From positions 3,658,001 to 3,722,000 of the forward strand of contig JBHGNT010000001.1 in NCBI GenBank assembly GCA_043228905.1: a stretch of DNA of 64,000 nt. Direction: 5' to 3'. Below, piece by piece: positions 40,382 through 51,300 of the stretch (position 1 is the stretch's first letter; the number at the start of each line of letters is the position of its first letter). Made by a program: the position numbers and the translations under genes. The notes under the pieces were generated by a model. The model was not told where the DNA came from. It did no database searches and saw only the letters and a list, made by a program, of their open reading frames with translations. Origin of the DNA: Azolla caroliniana. Its lineage: Eukaryota; Plantae; Polypodiophyta.

Positions 40382-42351
40382 TTTTCTTTTTCTTTTTTTG
40401 GTAAAAGCACACAATTATATTAATTGTATGTGAAATCCACTTAGTTACAACACTTCTTAGTCTCCTCTACCTATCATATGCCTATGTAGGGAGAAGGACG
40501 TTCTGTAATGCTATTAAAAAACCTAAATATGCATTTGAGGAAATGATCCACACATGCTCTAACATCCAAAAATTCCACATGAGAATACCTTTCAACTTCT
40601 TTATATAGGCTTTCACCCCGTGTCTATATTTGTAGTGACATGTAACAAGCGTGTACCATCTTGTAACCGCCAATCCACCCAAGGTGCAAAATTTGTTTTC
40701 AATGGCAAAGATCCTTGCAACAATGGTATGTCTTGTAATTTCTCCCAAATAAATCCATAATTTGGGGGAATACATAACCATCACTTGGCATCTTCAAAAT
40801 CCGACAACCTTTGAGATTCATTATCAACCACATCGTCCAAATGTACAATCCCCAATCGAAATAAACGATGAATTGAGATCTCAACTTCTCCTTCCCATGC
40901 CAAAACAACACTCGAGAAGAAACAAGCAATTCATTTTGTAATGAATTAAAATGTTCTCGATCACTTGATGGTCCCCATTCAAAAAGAGATAATGCATCTT
41001 GCCACGATCTTATCGAATGTTGTCCACATACAGAATGTCAAATCTTTAGAGGAATACTTCCATTGAGTAATGACCACCAAGATGCTTGAATCTTTGTTTT
41101 CCCATGCACCAATCCTTCATGCCCAATAAAATATTGCATCAAAGATATCCATGGTTGATCTTGTTGACATATATCTCATAATAATGCAAATCTACGAGCC
41201 ATCAAATGCCTTTCCAAATCCAATATTGTTGCACCACCTAACCTTTTAGGAGTAGCCAAATGGTCCCATGAAATCCATGTAACTCCCATCATTTCTCCCT
41301 TCCGCCACAACATGAACCAAATAAGTTGTAAAATGTTTTGTAATGCCTTCTTAGTCCAAGGTAGTAAAGGCAAAAAATATAATAACATGGGTATCAAGAT
41401 ACATTGCACCACTTTGAGTCGTACATGAAAGGGCCATAATTGAGACTTCCAATACATAAATTTGTCCTTCAATTTACTTCCAATACATAAATTTGTCCTT
41501 CAATTTACTACCAATCCAATCAATCAATTGAACATTTGTAACATCAACACCCAATGGATAACCCAAATGTCGATAAATTGATCCTCGTGTAATCACTAAC
41601 CCTCGCCATCCCAAACATTCCAAATCAATCTTCGTACAAGAAATAAGGCGAGACTTCCTCCAATTTATGTACAACCCTGAAGCCAAATCAAATTGATCCC
41701 AAACTTGCATACTCCTTTCAAGATTTTCTTTTGAGGCTTATAAAAACATAAAAGAATCATCAGCCAATGCTTGTGCCACCAATTGTCCACCAGAAGGAAG
41801 ATGCAAACCCACAATATCACCATTAGCCGCAAGATTTGACGACATTGCTAACAAAGGATGTGTAACAATAGCAAATAACAATGGGCTTAGTGGACATCCT
41901 TGCCGCATGGATCTAGTAAGAAACACTTTCGGAGTAACTCCGCCATTAAGCATCACACGCGAGGTCGCATTTTGCCCTAGCAAAAAAATAAGTTGACACA
42001 TACGAGAACCAAACCCCATATTATACACCACACCTGAGAGGAAAGACCAATTAACATGATCATATGCTTTTTCCAAATCTAATTGCACCATAACCATTTC
42101 TTGATGTGTATGTCGACAATAATCGGTAGCCATTTGAACATTCAAACCATTATGCAATATATTTCTACCTGTAGTAAAACCATATTGAGATGGATGAATA
42201 ATTTGAGATAAGAACTTTTGAAGTCTATTGGATAATATCTTTGGAAACACTTTATATAACCCTCCCATCAACGAAATAGGCCTCCATTGATGAAATAACT
42301 CCGGAGATGGCACCTTTGGTATCAATTTGATTAAACCCACCTTCCAGTTTT
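40382..42351 (-). mobile_element. 5'-truncated L1-type LINE inserted into a (CT)n microsatellite
   Basis: RT motifs WRPISLMGGLYK, LDLEKAYDHVNW, RQGCPLSP, LADDSF. T-rich tail at 40382-40399; ggctctctctctctctc on both flanks (40365, 42352) as a candidate TSD; internal 31-bp duplication 41445-41506 causes a frameshift. Confidence 0.85.
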
Positions 42352-42389
<38 letters not shown>

Positions 42390-42391
<2 letters not shown>

Positions 42392-42497
42392 TTTATCATA
42401 TTCGACCTTGCTTTCCACACATCTTCACCATGCCCAATGCTCTACCTTTTATCATATTCTACCATGCTTTCCACACATCTTCGACCATGCCCAATCC
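42390..42497. repeat. 56-bp tandem duplication
   Basis: cttttatcatattc(g/t)acc(t/a)tgctttccacacatcttc..accatgcccaat at 42390 and 42446. Confidence 0.85.
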
Positions 42498-44139
42498 TTG
42501 CTTGAATTTATCTCACAACCACAATGTGCAAAATTCATTGGTGAAGTTCTTGAACATTGACAGTCACTACTCACTTTCACATGTATCACACGAAATGTAA
42601 TATTTTTGGCCTCACATGTCATATTTGACCTCCGAAGATGATAATAGAATCCATCTACCTATTTGGTTGTTGGGTTGGTTGGTTACATTGTTAGAATCAA
42701 ACTTCATAAGTTTGAGAGAACCCAAACTCACTCCTCGTCATAGGCTAGTCTCCGTCTCGTCGATCGCACTCAGTCTCCCGTTCACATCAATAAGATATCT
42801 ATCTATCTATTTTGTGTATATATCTCAAAGAAAAATGAGAAGATATCTACACAAAGTAGAAGAAAACTCACTTTTCAAAAATAGGCCATACAACTGGTCA
42901 ACGATGTCATGAGGGATGCTCGCCTTCCAATAGACTTGAATTACAATTAGAATGATAAGGGATCGAGAACAAAACTGTGTTGTAATTCATGAGTGCCAAG
43001 GTATCTCCTCCTAGTCTCCAGGTCAAGGATTTAATCATATGTAAGCAAGTACTTCAAACAACTAATGAGACTTCAATACCATATTCACAAGTAATGCAAA
43101 AGGTACGAATGTTCCTCTTGACCTCTTAACTCTCTCTATATAAAGAGGAAAAGCATACATGGGGACAAGGGGATGTTGGAGAATCCATAGTGTCAAACAA
43201 TATAAGAGAGATATCTATCCAATTAACCTTGACATTAGAGTAGAGCCACACTCCTCTTAGAAGTGTCATTAGTATAATTGTGATATTAGTCACCCTTTGT
43301 TACTCCTAAGCATTGTCACCTGGTTGTATCACTTATTAATCAAGTTGTCCTTTATCCATTAGAGTAGACTTTTTTAATATCATGTCATTTAACTCTTAAG
43401 TATTAAGTATTATTGACCATTGATATCAAGCAATTAAGGGATTGATATTTAACAAGCTCCAATTAGTATTCATGTCATATATCCACAATCAATACCAATG
43501 TCTACCTTTTGCTACCTATATCATTGTGTTGCCTCATGTCTAAAGCTTGGCTTACCAATGACATAATCCATGATCATGACAACAAGAGATATAGAAAACT
43601 TAAAAGAATTATTAGAAGGAATACCTAAATTACTTCTATGGACTAGAAATTGGTTGCCCCACGTTAGGTTCATTATAGTTAATCCAAGACACAACCATGT
43701 GTTGCATTACCATTCAACGCTTATTGAAGAAGCAACTTGCGAAGATACCTAATATTGGTTGCAAATATACCTCAAATTGAGCATATAATGTTCTACGCAT
43801 GTCAGTAGGTGGCACTTTGGCGTGGTGTTGGTCGTTGGGTGAGCTCATTGAATAAATACTAGACCTATGGTTATGGAAAAATGGAAGAAAGGAACATTCT
43901 TCATAGGAATGGTGTTATATTCCCTCGTATCTTCAATCTGTGTCTACATAAATGACTTGTAAAACGATATTGAGAAATGGAGTATAATAAATTTGACATT
44001 TTTTTTATTAGTGTGTCAATTTGTCATTTTGTTAAGCTAATTAAGTTGTTAATTGATTATGTTGATTAATTACGGGCTAGCTTTAGAGGTGGCTATCCAA
44101 CCCTCTTTGAACTCATCTAATACGTTACATGAACGTAAT

Positions 44140-44560
44140 ATAGTAATTTAACTCCAGAAGTGTAATTGCATGAAACTTCTCGGTCTTCTTCTTCTTTTTC
44201 CAAAAAGAGATACTACATTAGTATTAAGAAAACACCATAAGGCTATACATACATACAAGATGTACCTTTTAGTAATGAGCCCCTTTTTTCTAAAGTCTAA
44301 CCATTGGCTTAAATAAATACTTTGGTGTAGAGTAGAACCACTCCACCTTATCAGAAATCCGCCTATTAAATATGTCTCTGTCCCAATTGGCATGAAATTC
44401 CAATCGCTTGAGCTTCGCCTGTTGCGTATTACCTTTTATCCAAAGAACCTCGAAGATTATGCACAATCTCTATCCATTAGATAAATGCAAAATTAAGCCT
44501 AAACTTAAGAAAGAGGGAGACTGTGGCTCTCAAGAATAGAATGTGGGGAAGAAGGTAGAA
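44140..44560 (-). mobile_element. Possible decayed LINE 3' end
   Basis: ORF 44148-44393 (CIALWCFLNTNVVSLFGK) resembles the W-x-x-W/R-N-x-x-x-F LINE C-terminus; weak. Confidence 0.3.
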
Positions 44561-45225
44561 AATTCAAATGCTGACTTTCATACTTATCTTTTAAAAAATG
44601 TTTTTCCTATGGCCTTTTCACACTTGAGTGGACATAGTTACATAAGTTCCTATTATTTTAGTATTTAATTGTTTTTGTACCCTAATTACATTAACCTTCA
44701 AGTCCTTAAGCTTGTGTCGATGTCATTACAAAGGTGTAAGAAGTAGAACACCTAGCGAGAACATAGTATCCCACTAGGTTAATGCATGTGCGCTCTTGGG
44801 TGCACTAGTTCATACATCATTTGGTGAAGGTGGACCATAGTCCACTTTCTCTAGTTTGGATGACGATGGGGACAGACATGGGGACGGGGAAGGAATTGGG
44901 ATGGAATGTGGATATCCTTATGAGGTGAGACAAATTTGAGGATATGAAATTTGGGAGGTGGGGATGAATTCAGTGGTGTGTCAAGATGAAGTGATGGGGC
45001 GAGTTGACAATGTATGTGTTTTCCACTCAAGGGTTTCAATGACGATTATTTCTTTCTTTGGTATTCTAAACGCCTCTAGATTGAGGCATAAACCATACAC
45101 ACTATGATGTTCAAATCCTTTAGCGAATATTGGAGGGGGTAATTTGTAACTATCATTTCAATGTCATTACACCAATCACACACGTTATAACACCTCGCAC
45201 TTAAGAATAAAACAAAGCATTATAG

Positions 45226-45386
45226 CATGTGGAGTAATACTGACATCGAGCTCTACCCATGTGGAGGAATAAGGACATCGGGCTTTACCCATGTGGGAGG
45301 AATAACGACATTGAGCTCTACCCATGTGCAGGAATAATGACATCGAGCTCTACCCATGTGGATGAATAACAACATTGAGGTCTACA
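45226..45386. repeat. 32-bp minisatellite x5
   Basis: Consensus catgtggaggaataa(n)gacatcgagctctacc, head-to-tail with no spacers. Confidence 0.95.
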
Positions 45387-45689
45387 GTTCAATCACATCT
45401 CACCTATTATTTACAACAAGATTCATGCAAACAACGCAACATTTTTACTAGGTTCCACTTTCTCTTTCTTTTAGATAGGCATTTTTACATGGTTCATATG
45501 GTTTATAGAGACAAAATTACATTTGAGTATTTTACTTTACTGTGCACCTAACCTGTTATTTTTCTTAGTCATTCGGCCTCCTAAATAGGGCTCAACAATG
45601 AAATATAGAAAGTAGCTTTTGTTCAATTGGTCAAATTTCAAAGTGAGGGAATCAATAGCCACTTGTTTAGGCTGTCGTGGAAGAAGGCA

Positions 45690-47349
45690 ATGAACACAGT
45701 CACGCAGCCTGCAACCACATCTTCTGCCGCCCAAATTGCCACCGCAACCAGACCATCTCCCATCGAATATGGCTCGATTGTTGGCCACATATCTATCAGT
45801 TGTCCAGTCTCTGTTGTTGTGCCTGACACAATAGCTGAAAACATATCAGTGGTTGTTGAAATCAAAGCATCATCTGTGGCCAATCCCTCTAAATCCTCTT
45901 CAACCTTCATCACCACATTTGCCAATCGGGAGCAATTGCCACACCGTCGCGAACAATTTGACCGGGGCTCCCGTGCAGCTAACCCGGATATTCCACCCAT
46001 TTCGAATAGCGCAATAGAGCTCAAGTTGTCAGAACAAGATAGACCACGGATTGTGCAAGAGATTCAGCATTTGGAGAAGAAGACTATCATTGCGCATGTC
46101 TTGGGTCTTCGTCCTACACACGGTGATCTCCGTTTGTTGCTTCAAGCCGCTTTGAAATAGGATCTTGACAACATTATAGACATACAAATACTTGGCAGAA
46201 ATTACTACCACTTAGAGTTCGAGTCGGAACGTATGTCACCAATTTTGTTGGAGAAGAAAGTAGTAGCAGTCAAGGGAGGTTGGATCTCTTTTCACAAGTG
46301 GAGTCACAATTTTTTTGCAAATCAGGTGCATCATGATTTTGATTCATATCAAAAATGTGTGGTTGTTTTTCCTAATTTACGAAAAGAATGGTTGCCTTCT
46401 ATGCATGTGATTGCTAGCACTATTGGTACGGTTCTAGAAATTTATGAAAGACCATGCCAGATTGAAGATAAGTATCTAGGGGTTGCATCTGCTAAGCTTT
46501 TGATTTCTAAGTCTACAAGGTTGCCCTCAAACATTTTGTTGCCCAATATACTTGACCCTCTACATGTCCCTTATTCTCAGAAAATCTTGTATAGGGGTTT
46601 GCCGAACCAGTGTTTCCGTTGTTTTGGGTTTTTGGTCATTTGGCAAAATATTGCCTAAAATTTAAGGAAGAGATTAACAAACATACACCTAGCACAACCA
46701 TAGTTCCATATCAAAATAGGACTAAGGGTTGGACCACAGTGGAGCATAAGAAGACACCTCCACGTGTATCTCTAAGTAAACCTACACAAGTGCTAATCAA
46801 CAATATGCAAGAATTCCCTCCCTTGCAGAATACATATAATGCCCTCCAAATGGAAAAGGAAAGTTCACAAGAGTAGAATAATGGGGGTCACTCATCATTC
46901 CACCCTCCTCAAAAACTCAAGTCAGATTCTTCGTCGCACAAGATAGTTCAAAACTCTATTCAGTTTGATACATCCTTTCCAAAGTTTGTGGTAGGACAAC
47001 CACCATTAAAAATAGCTGAGAAACTTTGGTTATGTCTACTAATTCAGATTTATCCAATAAGTTTAAAGAAAAAGTTGCCTCTAATCTACAAGTGGATTCA
47101 GATAAGTCTAAAGGACAACCAAGGGATATGGAAATGAACCAAGAGCACATTCATGCTGGATTTCAATTTACAGTTACACAAGACCCTTTGATAATCCAAA
47201 ATTCTAAAAAGTTGGTCAAGGAACATAAGATGCATAAGTATGCAGGGAAGGATTTGTTCTTGAAAAGACAAATGAGAGCTCAAGAGGGTGCCAAGAAAGG
47301 ACGCCAAGATGCTCTTCTTGAGAAAAGGACATCTCTAAACCCTATGTAA
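45690..47349 (+). pseudogene. LINE ORF1 (RRM/DUF4283-like region plus CCHC knuckle), disrupted
   Basis: ATG at 45690; stops at 46158 and 46874; knuckle YRGLPNQCFRC-F-GHLAKYC broken by a frameshift in a T-run near 46630. Confidence 0.85.
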
Positions 47350-47470
47350 TATGGATGCCCTACATTTTCTTTCTTGGAATTTGCAAGGTCTGGGTGGTTA
47401 GGCTTTTCGCATATTTAAAGGACTCGTACGTTCAGATTTAGGTACTTCTAATATTGGCACTATCAATATC

Positions 47471-47941
47471 TGTCATGATAACAGTCACATCATGCATCGA
47501 AAGGATCATGACACTCACATTATGACTCGAAAGGATTTGAACCCACGACCTTGTTGTACACATGTCAAATCCTTAACCATTGTATTAATATTCTTATATG
47601 TATAGTCTCTAGAATATGAAATCTAATATCATAGGAATATTCCATATTACTCTACATTCTAGAATGACCTAGAATATTCTAGAGTGTTCTATACCACTAG
47701 AACCTTCTAGAATACTCTAGAGATCTTCTAGATTACTCTACATTCTAGGATAACCTAGAATATTCTAGAGTGTTCTCTATTACTTATAAATAGGGATCTA
47801 CCACCCATCCCAAACCTAAATTGGTTCAACGCCATTTTGTAGCCTACTCTTTGTAATCCATTTTACGCTTCAATATAATAATTCTCTTTCAATTATCTCT
47901 CTATCTCTTTTTCTCTCTCTTTCTCTCTCTCAGTCTTGACA
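47471..47941 (+). repeat. Gypsy 5' LTR
   Basis: Matches 58203-58673 except for one substitution (47484 g vs 58216 a) by manual comparison; TATA box tataaata at 47785. Confidence 0.97.
47657..47776. promoter_or_regulatory. Heat-shock-element-like array (alternating nGAAn/nTTCn) in the Gypsy U3
   Basis: GAAccTTCtaGAA at 47700-47712; TTCtaGAAtgACCtaGAAtaTTCtaGAGtgTTC at 47657-47689, with a near copy at 47743-47775; just upstream of the TATA box. Confidence 0.7.
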
Positions 47942-47943
47942 GT

Positions 47944-47956
47944 TTGAACCAATTTA
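47944..47956 (+). other. Self-priming-type primer binding site
   Basis: ttgaaccaattta is the exact reverse complement of taaattggttcaa (47817-47829) in the LTR; no TGG/tRNA-type PBS. Confidence 0.8.
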
Positions 47957-48359
47957 TTTCCTTTCATCTCTTCGTCTTCCACAAACCCTAACAAGTTCTC
48001 TTCTTCCTTCTCCTCTCTCCTCATAAGCTATGGAGTCCGTGAGCAAACAAGAATACATGCGTGTTCTTTCTGAGCTCGACATGCTCACGAATAAATTTGT
48101 GGCATTAGAGCATGAGAATCAAAGGCTACTTAGAGATCTACAACACGTGAGCGCCGAAAAAGCTCAACAATATGAAGAGTTATCACAGCGGGTTCATCAA
48201 CTTGAGGCGACTATATTGTGATTACGAGAGCAAGCGTCGGGGGCTCAGAACTCCCCAAGAGAGCCAAAGATCAGCCTCCCTGCCAAGTTTGATGGTATGA
48301 GGTCTTTATTTCGAGGCTTTTTGAATCAAGTTCGTCTAGTTATTCAGCTACATCCCAAT

Positions 48360-51300
48360 TGTTAGGGAATCGACACTTTCCAAACCTTCACCTCTCGGCC
48401 ACAACCGAGGAAACACGAATCAATGCAGAAGTAAATCAAAAACATAGAGAGAGACTCGAATGCACAGGGTTTAGCGTGGAAAACCCTAGACGGGAAAAAC
48501 CACGGGAGTGCAAGACTCCAACTATCACTATACGCAGGGAATGTACAATGGCGAGCTGCAAGGCGACGACCTTGAGCTCGCTGTCCTCGCCACAGGCGGC
48601 GGTATTACACAGAGGCGTCGACCTCTTCCTTTCTCTCTCTCTCACTCTCTCTCTCGGCTGCTCTCACTTCGCTCCCTCTAAGTGGAAAACAGAAAAATGA
48701 GCAACAACAACAACTGTTTGCCCTAAGTCATATTTATACACATATGACTTTCGGGCTATTTACAAGTATAGCCTCGAGGGCCCTTGGCAAACATATTCAC
48801 AAATATGTCCCCGCATCCGGATCTCTCTCCGGGTACATTCGTCATCCGGCTCCGTAGCCGGGGTCTTCATCATCCGGATCCGAAACCGGGTCTTCGTCAT
48901 CCGGCTCCGTAGCCGGGGACTTCATCATCCGGATCCGAAACCGGGTCTTCATTCCCGATTCCCGGACATCTGACCATCCCATCCGGAGGGACCGTAATCC
49001 CAACAAACTCCCCCTTCACTTCGGCATGGGATGTCTTTCTAGTCCGACCCTCTTCCGGCACGCTTCCAGCTTGTCGGGTGTGAGCACTTTGGTCAGCATA
49101 TCTGACCCGTTCTCGTCCGTGTGGATCTTCGTCAGCACGAACTCCTGGTCTTCTATCCTTTCCCGGATCCAGTGATATCTTCGCTGGATGTGCTTCGTCC
49201 GGGAGTGATAGGCCGCATTCTTCGCAAGGTGGATGGCACTCTGACTGTCGCAGTAGAGTCGGTACTCCTCCTGCCGGATACCGAGCTCTCTAATGAAGTC
49301 CTTCATCCATATTATTTCCTTGCCGGCTTCAACAGCCGCCATGTACTCCGCCTCCGTGGTCGACAACGCAACCGTCTTCTGCAGCCTCGACTGCCACGAA
49401 ACAGCTCCCCCTGCATACGTCATCACATACCCTGATGTGGACCGGCTGGTATCTGCATCAGCCGACATATCCGAATCGGTAAAGCCGTCGAGTTCAGGCT
49501 TACCGGAGCCGAATCGGAGGCACACGTTTGTCGTGCCCTTCAGGTATCGGAGTATCCACTTGGCCGCGTTCCAGTGCTCTTTGCCGGGATTGCTCATGTA
49601 CCAGCTCACCACTCCGACTGCATATCCTATGTCCGGTCTTGTACACACCATTGCGTACATCAAGCTTCCGACGGCAGAGGCATATGGTACTTTCATCATG
49701 TCCTCCTTCTCAGCCTTTGTCTTGGGGCTTTGCTTGCTGGACAACCTGCAGTTTGCCGGGAGGGTTGACCCGACCGGTCTTGCTTCCGACATGTTGAACC
49801 GGTGAAGCACCTTTGTCACGTACTTCTCCTGTGACAGCCACAACTGCTTCTTCTTCCGGTCCCGGATGATGTGCATCCCTAGTATTTGCCTCGCCGGACC
49901 CAGGTCCTTCATTGAGAAGGTTCGGTGAAGCGCTTTCTTCAGCATCCGTATCTTGACCTAGTCCCATCCGACGATAAACATGTCGTCCACGTACAGGAGG
50001 AGTATTAGAAAGTCTCCTCCTTCGAACTTCTTCACAAACACGCAGTGATCGGACTGCGTTTTGTGGTACCCTTCGTTGGTCATGAAAGAGTCGAACTTCC
50101 GGTACCATTGCCGGGGAGCCTGCTTCAGTCCGTAAAGGCTCTTCTTCAACCGGCATACCAGGTGCTCCTTCCCTTTCTTCTCGAATCCTTCCGGTTGCTG
50201 CATGTAGATCTCTTCTTCGAGGTCACCGTGAAGGAATGTCGTCTTCACGTCCATCTGTTCTACCTCGAGGTCCATGCTTGCCGCTATGCTCAGCACCGTC
50301 CGGATGGAGGTCATCTTCACTACCGGGGCAAATATCTCGTCGAAGTCGACGCCCTTCTTCTGCTGGAACCCCTTCACCACGATCCTGGCTTTGTATCTCG
50401 GGGGTTTTTCGGCATCTCCCGGTTTCAGCTTGAACACCCACTTGTTTCGAAGTGCTCACTTTCCTTTCGGCAACTCCACAAGTTCATATGTGTGGTTCTC
50501 ATGCAGGGAATCCATCTCCTCCTGCATGGCACTTAACCACCTGCGGCTATGGGTGTCAAGCTTTGCTTCTTCAAAACTCTCCGGCTCCCCCTCGTCGGTT
50601 AGCAGCACGTGCTCTGGTTCCGGAAATCTCCGGGGGGCCCTTCTCTCTCTTAGAGGATATCTCCGTTCCGGAGCTTCGGTAACCGGCTCCTCCGTTTCCT
50701 CTTCATCCGAATCCATTTCGGGATCGGGGCCGGTTCCGGTATCAATTTCATCTTCCTCGGCCGGTTCTGTTTCTTCACCGTCTTCGGCCGGATCCTCGAG
50801 TGTTAACCGGTCCCTTGCCGGTCGGGACTGCTCCTCGTAGAGTTGATCCTCACCGGTCGACTTGGAGCTCTTCATCTTCTTCTCCGACTCCCAGTCGGCG
50901 AGTGTCTTGTCCTCCATGAAGATGATATCACGACTCCGGAATATCTTTTTGTCGATCGGGTCCCATACTCGGTAGCCGAACTCGTCATCGCCGTAACCGA
51001 GGAATATGCATGGCCGGGTCTTTGGATCTAGCTTTCCTCTCCGGTCCTTTGCCACATGCACATATGCGAGACACCCGAACACCTTCAGATGCCGGTAGGA
51101 TACTTCCCTGCCGGTCCACACTCTCTGCGGCGTGTCTCCGTCCAAAGGTACTGAGGGTGATCTGTTTATCACGTATGTCGTCGTCGACATTGCCTCAGCC
51201 CAAAACCCCTTGGGTAATTTCGCATGCGCCAGCATACTCCGGACCCTCTCCATTATGGTCCGGTTCATCCTCTCGGCCAGCCCGTTCAGTTCCGGCGTCT

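Noticed and set aside
42680-43620. Possible solo LTR (tgttag start, TATA-like motif)
   Set aside because: No matching TSD or convincing CA end found.
45226-45386. 32-bp repeats resembling a CRISPR array
   Set aside because: Units are contiguous with no unique spacers, there are no cas genes, and the context is eukaryotic: a minisatellite.
49958-50458. Copia in-frame stops as programmed readthrough sites
   Set aside because: They fall inside the RT region at positions explained by single C>T/G>A changes, not at a gag-pol boundary.
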